Shown: positions 11,988 through 23,147 of the stretch, piece by piece
Layout: each line of letters starts with the position of its first letter
Numbering within the stretch: the first letter of the stretch is position 1
Source: Veleropilina oligotropha
Lineage: Eukaryota
Direction of reading: 5' to 3'
Length of the DNA: 33,794 nt
Assembly (NCBI GenBank): GCA_048128005.1
Contig: JBEUKZ010000015.1
Location: forward strand, 62,001-95,794
The notes under the pieces: generated by a model
Told to the model about the DNA's origin: nothing
The model's input: the letters and a program-made list of their open reading frames with translations, nothing else
The model's database searches: none
Position numbers and translations under genes: made by a program

Positions 11988-12985
11988 GCCTTCATTCTCT
12001 TCTGCCGCTGGGGCAAGGGTCATCGGTGCTTGAATATATTTCTCCTTGTCGGTATAATCCTCTTGCGTATTATCTATCTGCAATCGCTCATCAAGAATAT
12101 GTTTCTTGTTATCTATTGTGTTTAAGCACTTTTCGATTTGTCTTTTCTTTTCAACTTGACTCTTCGAGGTATTTTTCGATTGATTAATTTTGTTCAAATC
12201 ATCTTTTCGAATATTCGGAGTAAATTTCATTTTGTTCCTCCTTGTCGGGTTTTTTTTCTTCTTTAATTAACAATCCATCCGCCATCATCAGTATTGTTGG
12301 TTTCTGGACACATTTCATCATCATGGTTCTCGTCGTTTAATTTCGCTTTATTACCGTTTAGTTGTCCTTCTGTATTTGCACTTTGTATTTCCGGTTTCTT
12401 TTCTGTGCATGTCTCTACTTCTGGGGTGTTTTCGGAATTCGTATCGCCTTGCGTCCAGGCAGGTTCTTTATTTCTTAAGCTCATTGCACCGTCCTCGTGT
12501 TCAGTTTTCCTATTTAAATATTCCTGAAACGGGTCAATGGATCCAGATTCAATCGAATATTTTTCATCATTCATTTCGTCATATTCCGTATTTCCATTAT
12601 TTTCCTCATCATAGTAATATTCGTTATATTCTTCACACTTACACATTTGTGGATATGAATAACATTGTTCACACTTAGCCGTTGTGCAGCGTACAGCAAT
12701 ATGCCCATACTCTTTGCACTTATAGCACTGCCCGTCGGGACAAACACTTTGGACATGATCAAATGATTTACACGAATAGCACTGTTTCTTTTGGTCATCG
12801 TGAATTACCATGCATTTCCTTTCTTCATTTGCAGCTTTTATTTTAACAATGTACGGAAGAGTAACTACATCGGGTGGAAACCGACACGAAAAGTATCTTA
12901 TTCCACTCTCAACATCGGTTCATTTGATATATTTTCTTTTTATTTCTAATATTAATGTCACTCCATATGACTGGATTTTCTTTAT

Positions 12986-13157
12986 AAACACCTGGGGATG
13001 ATATCGCGTTGATATCACTATTTTCCTATACCTGATATGCTAATGAGATTTATAACAAGTAATACACTGATGATACTCTGCGTGATATCACCATCAAATC
13101 TCGGCTACGCCTCGATCTAATAGTGATATCACACCTCTAACATCAGTGTATTATTTA
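12986..13157 (+). mobile_element. Short non-autonomous hairpin-ended element (Crypton-like); palindrome 13060-13153
   Basis: taatacactgatg...catcagtgtatta with centre ctcggctacgcctcg; part of the insert that splits LINE ORF1. Confidence 0.55.
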
Positions 13158-13682
13158 ATATATAGAGGATATCGAACGAGTGTCCATTTCATATGAGAAT
13201 TATGAAACGAGTCGAGCACAATTTATGTACCGAGCGTTGGCGAGGTACATAAATTTGCTGACGAGTTTCATAATTCTCATATGAAATGGACACAAGTTTC
13301 ATATCTTCTTTATCACATGACTTTATTTACCTTTAAACTTATTTTATTGCGTTTTTAAACGCATTTCTTTACGTTTTAAAACTAATTTCTGTCAGTACTT
13401 TCAGCCATAAATTGCCATTGCCTCAGACGCATCACGCATCGAAAGCACGCGCCACGCCAGTACGCCAATAAAAACTAGTTCAACGTCAGTCATCGACTAG
13501 TCAACGCGTATGAATTATTCAATATGTTAATGAGGGTGACACGCCCCCTAATCAACTTGGCGCCAGATGCGATGACCGGGCGTCATGTTCGCCCTCATTT
13601 GCATACATATGAGACGTGTCTTTTGTATCGAAATTTATGGAACGGCTAGTACCGTTCCATAACAGCTTTGTCATGTGATAAA
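13158..13682 (-). mobile_element. Non-autonomous Crypton-like element: about 150-bp terminal palindrome (13161-13313) plus 13-bp inverted repeats
   Basis: Palindrome centred on cgagcgttggcgag; perfect IR tttatcacatgac (13309) / gtcatgtgataaa (13670). LINE ORF1 resumes at the boundary. Confidence 0.7.
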
Positions 13683-14289
13683 TAATGATATTGTCTTCAA
13701 TATACGCTGGAACATTGAATATGGACACGGTTAATGTGTCTGTAAACATACTTTTCAATTCACAATCATTGCAGTGAATTCCGACTCTTTCGAGTAGAAG
13801 GTTAACAACCTCCTTTGTACCGCGTGTTACTCGTAGCAATCAGCAGATTGGGGCATGCACGCATAGACTTGTCCCAGTCCACTGATTTCCTCAACCGCTT
13901 CAATGATGTCTGTAGCTGACACCTTTTTGTTATCGTGTACTTTGATTACGACTGTTGCTTCTTTGCTATAAACACGATTGTTAATTGTCTTATTTATATG
14001 TCCGACTCGAGAAGCCATATTGGCGCTCGTTCTTTGTGGCCAGATGGCCAAAATAAATGTCTCTTTATATGCAATCGGCGGCAAAGTTCACGAAATTACA
14101 TATGCTGTTGGTTAGCCAATAAGCTAACAAAAAGTAGTACCATTGTTGGTACTCACCCTCTGATATGTTTTCTGATATCACGGATATGTATAATATGTTA
14201 GACAGCAAGTGGAGAGAAGTCCATTGATTCCTACATGATGAACCGCCACATCCGGGTTTTTTCAAGATTGGAGTCGATGGTATAACTGC

Positions 14290-15709
14290 ATTTATTACCC
14301 ACGTGACGCAGATATAGCCATGTGGTATTTATTTTGTACGCACCACATGGTGCATAACAAGTTGACCTCAAAGGTCAGGGACTACATTTTCATTGATAAA
14401 CAAAACGAAGAAATCTACAACTTTTACTATTGTGGCTTGAATGGAAGAAAAACAACGATCGGAAATGTGGCGGATTATTAACAATTAATAAAATTAAATG
14501 TAATACAGCTAACACGAACGTTTATACAAGTACAGGTTTAAAACTGCAGAAAGTGTAATTATAAATAAAAACATGATAAATATAATTATAAAATACTTTA
14601 CATCAAAGAGTGTCGTCTGCTTCGTGTTGTTTCGGACCGTTGTTTCAATATGGATGCACCTAAATCGATTCATGTGAATGAATGCGTGAAAATTGACGGG
14701 CAAGTGACGGGACGCGTAATGTCCATTGTTCAACCGGGAGGAACGTTCAATATGTATAATGTGAAGACATTCGATGGTAAAATTAAACAAGTTGCACGCT
14801 ATAGACTTGCCGTTATTCCGGAAACTGTTTCCTCGCAAATCCAATCTGCACCTTCCCCGGAATCGAACATCCCTTCCGGACATAAAAACATACAAAGTGT
14901 CAATAATTATAGTAGTATCTCCACATTACAACATCGTCAGCTCAGCGACATCATCAGTACCGGTAGTTCCGGGTCGCACGATTCTCGTTGTGTAGACGTG
15001 GTTCCCCAATCTGTTAATATTAATACCATTTCGAATTCGCGGTCGAGTCGGTGTGATTTCCTGAGTTCCATATTCTCGGCACCAATATACGGCGGCACGA
15101 TTAATATAAACATCGTCAGTGGGCCGTCGACACCAAAACGCCCGAGACCAGATGTTGACGGTGGCAACGAAATTCTTCCCTGAGTGCAAACTTGGCAACA
15201 ATCCAGCCACGAGGCATATGCAAATTAAGATTTCGCCGCGTGTTCAACGGACTTATTTTTAGAATAACGTAAATATATTAATGAGATGAGTAATATTCAG
15301 TAAAACGATCGTATATTAAACAGTTCTTATTGTTGCCTGATGTTATCTTGTTTCTTAGTTTCATTAAAATAAATTAGAATGAACTTTTAATACGATCTAT
15401 TTGTTATAGCGTGTGGCTATAGAGTAAAGAGGCTATTTACAGTAATCAGGAATAAAATTCATCCGCGGCTAAACAATTTGAAATCTCGAATATGGGCCGA
15501 TAAAAGCAAATAAAATGCATATATAACGCAATAAATGCATGGGTAATAAATAAAATACTACACTGATTCTCGACACGTACCGTTTGTATCTCACTCGTGC
15601 ACGTATCCAGGTATCTTACCTCGCTTTCGCTCGGTAAGATACCTGGATACGTGCACTCGTGAGGTACAAACGGTACGTGTCGAGAATCAGTGTAGTATTC
15701 TCTATATAT
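14290..15709 (+). mobile_element. Internally deleted Crypton-like (tyrosine recombinase) DNA transposon
   Basis: 12-bp IR atttattaccca (14290) / tgggtaataaat (15540), 146-bp palindrome 15554-15699, and an internal ORF with a YR C-terminal motif. Confidence 0.75.
14650..15183 (+). CDS. 177-aa in-frame fusion of an N-terminal segment and the C-terminal tail of a Crypton-type tyrosine recombinase (catalytic core missing)
   Basis: SGHKNIQSVNNYSSISTLQHRQLSDII resembles the GH...Y catalytic-tyrosine segment of Crypton/DUF3504 proteins; the upstream R and HxxR motifs are absent. Confidence 0.65.
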   Translation: MDAPKSIHVNECVKIDGQVTGRVMSIVQPGGTFNMYNVKTFDGKIKQVARYRLAVIPETVSSQIQSAPSPESNIPSGHKNIQSVNNYSSISTLQHRQLSDIISTGSSGSHDSRCVDVVPQSVNINTISNSRSSRCDFLSSIFSAPIYGGTININIVSGPSTPKRPRPDVDGGNEILP

Positions 15710-15749
15710 AAATATGACATTTGAAAAGAAAATAGTGTAGAAAATAAGA

Positions 15750-15831
15750 CGCTGTGAGCAGGGTTCGAACCTGCGCGGGAATTTCCCATTGGATTTCAAG
15801 TCCAACGCCTTAACCACTCGGCCATCACAGC
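15750..15831 (-). tRNA. tRNA-Ser (anticodon UGA)
   Basis: Identical to 5098-5179; T4 downstream. Confidence 0.96.
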
Positions 15832-16635
15832 TAGCAGGTACAGCATAAATGAGTTTAAATATCACTATTTCCATAAAGCTTAGCGATTAAGCGGGTGTGT
15901 TATAATATGCTAGACGGCAAGCGGTGAGAAGTCCATTTTTGAATTCGAACGAACCTTTAGATTGGTTGATCAAAGAGGCTTCAAAGTCATTGCAATTGTA
16001 AAACAAACTGCTGACATATCATGTGCGACGTATTGACAGTTTCTTCTCATAGACACAAATTAGCCGTGTGGTTTTTGCAATCATTAAAATAAAAGTTGAA
16101 ATCAAATAACGACAATTAACCCAATGTGAATGGATTACCATCTGTACATAGGTTCTGATAAGGACGAAGGTTTCAAACCCCTGCGACTGGAGAGTGGTGG
16201 TGATGGTCTTTTTGGGGGGGGTTGTTCTTTTATAACTTCTATGACTGGAGAGTTCGCATAAACAGTGTTGTTTTCAACAATAGCAAATGGGTTATTGTGT
16301 ATATTGTATATAATTTTTGATAAAACGACAGTGAATGCATAACCATGTATTTATCGATATGCTTATCAATATAGGTATTATTATATGGGACCAAAAACGT
16401 TACATAAGTAGGCCTACATGATTATCAAAATAGTATGTCATTTTATCTTGCTGAATATAAAGTTATTTATACTTTAGTAGGTTATAGGGAGCATATGTCC
16501 AGTGTGCAGATAAAATATTTTGGTAATTATAATTACGTCAACTCAATATAAAATAGTTGGAACTAATGAAGAGTAACAATAATTGGGTTGTTATGAAAAT
16601 AGGCAAAAAGAATTTCTATTGCGCAAAAAACTTAT

Positions 16636-16717
16636 CGCTGTGAGCAGGGTTCGAACCTGCGCGGGAATTTCCCATTGGATTTCAAGTCCAACGCCTTAAC
16701 CACTCGGCCATCACAGC
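16636..16717 (-). tRNA. tRNA-Ser (anticodon UGA)
   Basis: Identical to 5098-5179; T6 terminator downstream. Confidence 0.97.
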
Positions 16718-16958
16718 TCACATATATGATATTAATGTATATTACTATTTCTACAAAGCTTAGCAAGGCGACAGCCGTTGAGAAACAGATTTTATGCAAT
16801 GGAAACCACGTGAAATGTCGACGTATAAATCATGGTTAATCAATAATTGCAACGAACCAAATAAGTTGAATGACTGTCACTTTTATCGCCGTAGATTCGT
16901 GCAAGTACATATTTCAGCTTAAAATTGTGTTCAGCTTAAAATTGTGGACATAAATTAA

Positions 16959-18625
16959 AGCCCCTTTCCCACATACACGATGTTTGTTACGATGCAGCAC
17001 GATTTTCAATTATTTACAATCGCAACGGCATCGTACACATGATCGTGCACCTGTCGTAGCGCACTGTAGCGATACCTGGTGCCACCATGGAGAAGCACGA
17101 AGTTTTGGAATGTTAAAAAAAACTTGCTCTACCGTAATTGTCGTTAAAAGCGTGAACGACCGCATCAGCATCATAGGATAGCCGTAACGCTGTCGCGGCC
17201 AGTCGTGGTGGCGTCTTGTTCATTCGTACTCAGTAGTACACACCTACAGAAAGGAAAGACTTCGCTAATGTGCTGATACGGCACTGCGACCTAGCACGAC
17301 TTGAACAATACGCACCAACAACGTATTTTTTTATCATATGACCTTTGCAGATGTGCTGCGGTTCCTGCGTCTTCAATCCAAAAGGCTGTCGTCATCCCGC
17401 CAGGTACCAGGGACATGGATCACCTAATGGGTGTCGGAGTCTTCGATGTCCATCATCTGTACAGCTTGACGTGGATATCTCATTGCAATGGGGGTATGCA
17501 TCAAATAACATGCCATCATGTTGCTTTTCACGCTATGCGGGTTTGCATGCTAGTGAAGAGGCATCTGAACGGGTGAGCTCATATGCCGAATGCGTTTTCT
17601 ACCATTCTGTGTGCCATGTACAGCATGTAGTTAAATATTCTTTGTTCTTTGGTCATGTGTCGAATGGGGTAGGGTTTCGTGAGCCAACGACGAAGCCCAA
17701 AAGCGTAATCACCCACCAAAGCGTAGTGAATGGGCGGATGTTCATTTGGTAGTGGTTCCGCTTCCGAGGAGAAGCAGTGCGTTGTTCAAGAGCCTAATTA
17801 ATCCAGAGTCTTTAAATATGGCAGTATCTAGGCATGTTCCATTTGCCCCAACGTCTATAGAGGAACGTATAATCTGCGTCGACAATGGCGAGTAGCAAGA
17901 TGTAATGAAACCCCTTATAGCTGTAATACAGGGATCCTGAGGATGGTGGACAGCGGATGGTCACATGCTTCCCATCAATGGCTTTAACAGTGCTATGGAA
18001 GTTCCATCTATGCCTATTGGAAAATTTGTCAGCTACCTCCTTTCATTCCTCCGGGGTGCTTGGACATTTCATAACTTCTTAGCACATTTCAAGGGTTTCA
18101 GGGATGTTTTTGCTTATCGTGTTGTGTGCCACCAGAAACACACACTGAAGACTTTCATATGAACCCCTCCATTGCCATGTAGCACAGACTGCATACCTGG
18201 ATCTAGGCAGTTGCGCTTATTTATCCGTCTGTATATGAAGACCGACGCATTCCACCAACTCATTGAACAGTTTATTGGCCAGACGGAGAAAGTTCTTGTA
18301 ACCTTGTGGATCTTCTCGCTTTAATTCCAGTAGAAGGTGTTCGTACTGACCAAATAATGGACACCGCATTATACATGGCTTCTCCCAAACTCCTTTGCCT
18401 TCGACGTATACACCGATCTCTACCTCTGACAACCAAAGCTAAAGCAGCCAACATATATGAGGCGAAATTAATGTGTTTCCGTCAACAGTGTATGATTGTT
18501 GACCAAAATAAGTATTAATGTACATAAGCTTTATCCACCACGGTTAAAAGTAACACCATGGCCATTTCTTGTTTTACTACTTCACTTACGCAATGAATTA
18601 TTTGCCAATTTGCTTAAGTAAGTTT
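16959..18625 (-). mobile_element. PIF/Harbinger remnant, duplicate of 5405-7070
   Basis: Same terminus and transposase pieces (LLLELKREDPQGYKNFLRL...FNELVE), sharing most lesions with copy 1. Confidence 0.85.
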
Positions 18626-18970
18626 TGGAGTTTGTACATTTTGTTATTCCTAAGTTTGGCCTATTATAAATAATTAGAGATGATCCTTTACAGATCCGAT
18701 CGACCATAAGATTAGGACAGAAACGAGTATTTTTGGACAGCATTGGTTGAGTTGGTGGTCGTAGAAATATAAATGCTATGGTACGGTTGAATGAGATCTT
18801 TTGATACTGTGTGACCTTATTTGACAGGAATATAGTCTTGGTTTGATTTAAATCGATGCTTAATATCCTGTTTTAACAACTTTCAGGTTTATATCTTTTC
18901 TGACCGTAGAGCGCACACAAAGCTGCTTTCAGCAAAAGTAAATTAGTTATTATACCCTTATTCGGAGGTG

Positions 18971-19119
18971 GCCGCTTGGACAGTCGTATGGAAAATCACT
19001 GGCTTGATTCCGCTGACGCGAACAGTTGTTGGCTCAAACCTCGGCAGGGACATCACACATTTGTTCAAGTTATGAATCACAGTTGTCCGTAACTGGTCGG
19101 AGAGGGTGGGTTTCTCCCT
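18971..19119 (+). mobile_element. tRNA-derived SINE, partial (duplicate of 7892-8040)
   Basis: Direct sequence match within the duplication. Confidence 0.8.
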
Positions 19120-19278
19120 ATTTATTATTGTATGTCTGTATTCGCATAATTATAAAAGTATTGATCCTATTTAATATAAATTTTACATGGAATAAGGTGT
19201 AACAGATAGGCGCAATCTTCGGTTTGGACATTGCTGAGAAAACGCTTCAAAATTTGATACATGGTACATAAATGTTTT

Positions 19279-19359
19279 CGCTGTGGGCACGGTTCGAACA
19301 TGCACGGGATATCTCATTGGATTTCAAGTCTAACACCTTAATAACTCGTCCATCACAGC
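19279..19359 (-). pseudogene. tRNA-Ser(UGA) pseudogene (paralogue of 8264-8345)
   Basis: Shares the D-loop lesion; extra T-stem and anticodon-stem mismatches and a 1-nt deletion. Confidence 0.85.
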
Positions 19360-20637
19360 TTCCTTAACTTGAATCAATGGCGATCACTATTTTTAGAAAA
19401 GTGGATCAAATGTGCTCTCTCCAGTCATAGAAGTTCTAAAAGAACATCCTCTACAAAGACCATCGCCATTACTCGCCAAGTGGCAAACTGCGTTAAGGAG
19501 AAAGGCCGAGAAACTCCCCATTCTTGAAAAAAGAATGGAGCGTAGCCCCGAAGAGATCGAGGCTCATAATTTTCCAGGCATGGAGAGTTTCGATGCTTTT
19601 TCCCCGACTTAAAACACAGACACAATGTTGATTATTTCTTGTTAGGGTAATTCATTTACTGAACTGTCCATTATTAAGTGTATGAGTTTTTAAATTTAAA
19701 TATAAATTCTGGTTTGTATACATTACGTTTAATTCACCCCCTTTTGTGAATTATGCTACGTTCACATTTGGATACCGGAATATACATTAGTATATTGGTA
19801 TTATCGCCGGTTGGCTGTTCAGGCTGCAGCTATTTATCGCGGTTTCTTTGTGAGATAATGATTCCACAAGTACATGCTTGTGCCAGCCAGTGTTCGAAAT
19901 AATATTCAATGTGCAATATGACCCGATTTGCACGTGTTCCACGAGTAGTCCCATTTCACCGTGATTACGTGGACATAATATTGAACAATTTAATTCAGTC
20001 GAAAAACAGACGGCATTACGTTCGGATGAGAAAGCTCTTTTCCCAAAAGTGGATGATAAGGACCTATAATCAACATTTAATCGAAAACATACTTTTAATG
20101 GCTAACCTTTCATCAGCGGCGGCCAATTTGAAACCGAGCTCGACCCTGCTCCGAAGTAGGGCACAAGTCGGTCGGACTATAGTTCGGACTACATCACGTT
20201 CGGTTGTGAATAATCCCAACATAATTAAGAAACTTAGACAATCGAAGGTACCCCTAACTATTCATGAAGGTACTCAGACCATACTTGACCTGTTCTGGTA
20301 AACGCAAAAAGATGCACACTTCCCCAATGGGCAAAATTACGTCGATATAACGTTGAAACAACGTCAAGCTCGATATTGTAAAAACGTCGAATGATCTTCG
20401 ATTTTGAAAGTTTTCAAAACGTGATAAATCAACATCGAATCAATGTCAGATTGCTACGTTGTAACAACGTAGTTATCGCATGCGATTTCATCAATTTATT
20501 ATATGCCAGTCGTTTTCTGACGCCTATTCTCGCGCAGTTTCCCGAGACCCTATATCACGGACACGGCTGATATCGTTTCAGAAAACGTCTCCTGCTTATA
20601 TATGCACAAGAAAACGTCTCCTGCTTATGCAGGGTGT

Positions 20638-21241
20638 CAGGGTGTCCGAGAAGTCCCTACCTTTATCGCCGTGGTATGCATGATGTGTATAGCACAGCAT
20701 TTATACAGCTTCATTTGTTATCCAACGGGTCTGTGTGTTTACCATCGTTCTCATGACATAGGATCATTTTCCGCCATGTGCGGTGACTCATTCTTCGCAG
20801 CATGGGAGGGTTGATCGTCGCAAAAGCATCGCGGACAGCAACTTTCAGGTCGCCGGTTGTCTGGTACCGTGTCTTGCAGACAATCTCCTTGATATATCCC
20901 CACAATGCGTTGTCGCAAGTGCTCAGGTCGGGACTTCTGGCCGGCCACTGCAATGGGGGTGGAGCAGCTGCAGATCCACGGCCGATCCAGCGCCGTGGGA
21001 ACTGCTCGTCCAGGAACTGCCTCACAGCCAAAGCGTAGTGTGCAGGAGCACCATCTTGCTGAAACCATACTGCCTCTCGTATACCCAGGCCATCAAGTTG
21101 AGGAATAAACCAGTCACGAAGCATAGCCCGATAAGTGTCTTGGTTTACCGAACCGTCAAAGTAATAAGGCCCGATGCAGTGGCGACTATTCGATAAAGGT
21201 AGGGACTAATCGATAAAGGTAGGGACTTCTCGGACACCCTG
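20638..21241 (-). mobile_element. Internally deleted Tc1/mariner element (DD41D/rosa-type), 604 bp
   Basis: Perfect 31-bp TIRs CAGGGTGTCCGAGAAGTCCCTACCTTTATCG (20638-20668, 21211-21241), TA on the right flank. Open C-terminal transposase IGPYYFDGSVN...FQQDGAPAH...WIGRG...WPARSPDLSTCD. Confidence 0.92.
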
Positions 21242-21459
21242 TATATTCAAGGAACTACTTCCAAAGCAGTCACGTGTCAAAACACAGCTGTTCACATTCA
21301 ATAACGATCTGAGTGGACAGAGGCAGACGTCATTTGATTAAAATACCATAGAGAAAAATGTACAAAATTAGAAATTAATTATTATATATTAGAATAAAAT
21401 GATGTACATGTATGCAAAAAATAATAATTTATAAGACTTACTTGCACAGATTAATTAGC

Positions 21460-21750
21460 AGTACGCCACTAACGTCGAGAATGCGTGCCCCATTTGGGCG
21501 TACAACTGTACAGGGAATACAAACGGTAGCGACCAGACGATCTTCAGAACTCACCGAAATACCCCTTTTATCTGTCCATAAACCACGCTAGAAAAGCTGC
21601 TGGTAATTGGTACAAATCTCAACCTCTTGGCGAAGACAGTCTCCGTAATGGTAATATGCGATTATGCTCAACATTGAGCCCGGCACATTACCGGGAGAAG
21701 AAGATATAACAAATGGCGGTCTTCATGGCAGGAAAACAAATCACGAGCTC
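21460..21750 (+). pseudogene. Crypton-type tyrosine recombinase remnant
   Basis: Manual translation: ACP...QLYREYKR*RPDDLQNSPKYPFYLSINHARKAAGNWYKSQPLGEDSL, then in another frame GLHGRKTNH, the segment leading into HxxR. Confidence 0.7.
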
Positions 21751-22267
21751 ACGTATGTTCCGAAGTCCTCCCGTACCATATACATAATAGTCCCGTTCCA
21801 GTCAGTCCTCGAAGCAGCATTCAAATATCCTTATACACCTGCACTTTCAGCATAGCCATAACAATTAATTGAACTCTATAAACGAACACGTCTGACCACG
21901 TTACCTGTTTGTTCCTTGTTCATTCGCCTAAGAAATAGTTCCCATTTAATCGCCTTAATTTAGATTCACGAAAAGCGATAGATGGTAAATAATTAGTTAA
22001 ATATTATATAAATGGTATTCCTAATACATGTCAGAAAAAGTTTTGCTTATAAATGTGTTGTTGTAAAATATACGGCACAACGCAAATTGTTCACTGGCCT
22101 ACTGTCAAAATAGACGTAGTAAGTTTCATTAATAAAAACCGCATAACATGTATACTGTTCCACGTTGTCATATAGTTCACGTTATTTAAATTAAACCGAC
22201 AATTTCTTCACATAAACTGGTTTGTATTTTTTCGTATAATAATTGACAGGATTGATTGTGGCATATA

Positions 22268-23128
22268 ATAGCGAGCACGAAGTGTGAGCTCTATAGGTAA
22301 CGTGTGTGTAGAAAATAATCAATGATCAACAAATCTAGTGTACCCCTACCGTTCTGTTTATTTGGACGGAAACGGGTTGCATGCTGGGATCGTTTAACGT
22401 TGATATGGGGCTTTGGCGTATGGGTACACATTTTATTTATTTGTCAAGCGTGTCAAACGCGAAGCGCTTCCACATTAAACATGCATATGACAGGCGCGCA
22501 GCGCCTGTCATAAATATTGAATTCCGCTGAAGTTTTAAAGCCAAGTCTCGGATATCCGTTAGCGGTGACGGCTTTGCCTTGAATTCGCCAGGGTCGTCTT
22601 GGCAACGAGAAAATGATTCGGTAAATTCGCGGAGTTTACCGATCGATTCAAACTAAGAGAGTGTTGTGTACCTTATATGAATAAGTAACGAACGTAATAT
22701 ACTAAACAAATACTTTAAATGGACGAGCCACAGCCATTTACGCCGCTTCCCTCGCTTCGATAACATAGGCATAGTCTCTGTGTGTCGACTAGGCGGTGCG
22801 CAATACAAGTAATTTCACCGGTGCACATAAATAAAATATCCGTTACAAAGAATATCGTTTCAACCCACTACATCGCTCCTCAAGTTACAATATAAGTTTT
22901 ACCATAACATAAAACTAAGACCATGGAGCGGTCAAAGTTCGGGATACATCGAGCCAATAGTGGCAATACAATTATGTCAATAAACTAGTTGAAATAATTA
23001 ATAATTTATTATTAAATTTTTAATAACAAAATTAAATATTAGTTTAAACTTTGTACCCGGTAATTAGTTTTAATAATTATATGTATATATGTATCATATA
23101 TATGCCATATCTGAGTGCTCGTTTCTAG
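22268..23128 (-). mobile_element. Probable Helentron-type non-autonomous element (HINE)
   Basis: Terminal hairpin gcgagcacgaagtgtgagc at the left, complementary subterminal gtgctcg next to ctag at the right, and a short (GT)n beside the hairpin. Confidence 0.4.
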
Positions 23129-23147
23129 GTAGCACCTACCACATATT

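Larger units (their letters stand above)
11713..14018 (-). pseudogene. LINE ORF1 remnant (Tx1-type, zinc knuckles)
   Basis: MASRVG...TVSIFNVPAYIEDNII|IKKIQSYGV...TLPY...CYSCKSFDHVQSVC, CYKCKEYGHIAVRC. Interrupted at 12986-13682 and 11728-11987. Confidence 0.82.
10200..14250 (-). mobile_element. Tx1/L1-type non-LTR retrotransposon, decayed and 3'-truncated, with nested insertions; boundaries approximate
   Basis: ORF1 with CCHC knuckles followed by ORF2 with an APE endonuclease and the start of RT. Confidence 0.88.
15869..20320. repeat. Segmental duplication, copy 2
   Basis: Colinear with 2254-9310; lacks the CR1 and has a single 43-bp unit at 18687-18729. Confidence 0.95.

Noticed and set aside
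11676..12230. Shared peptide MLNVLYIYNIEVQGRTCPCY (also 24153-24404, 24813-25070) as a gene family
   Set aside because: Antisense translation of the SINE.
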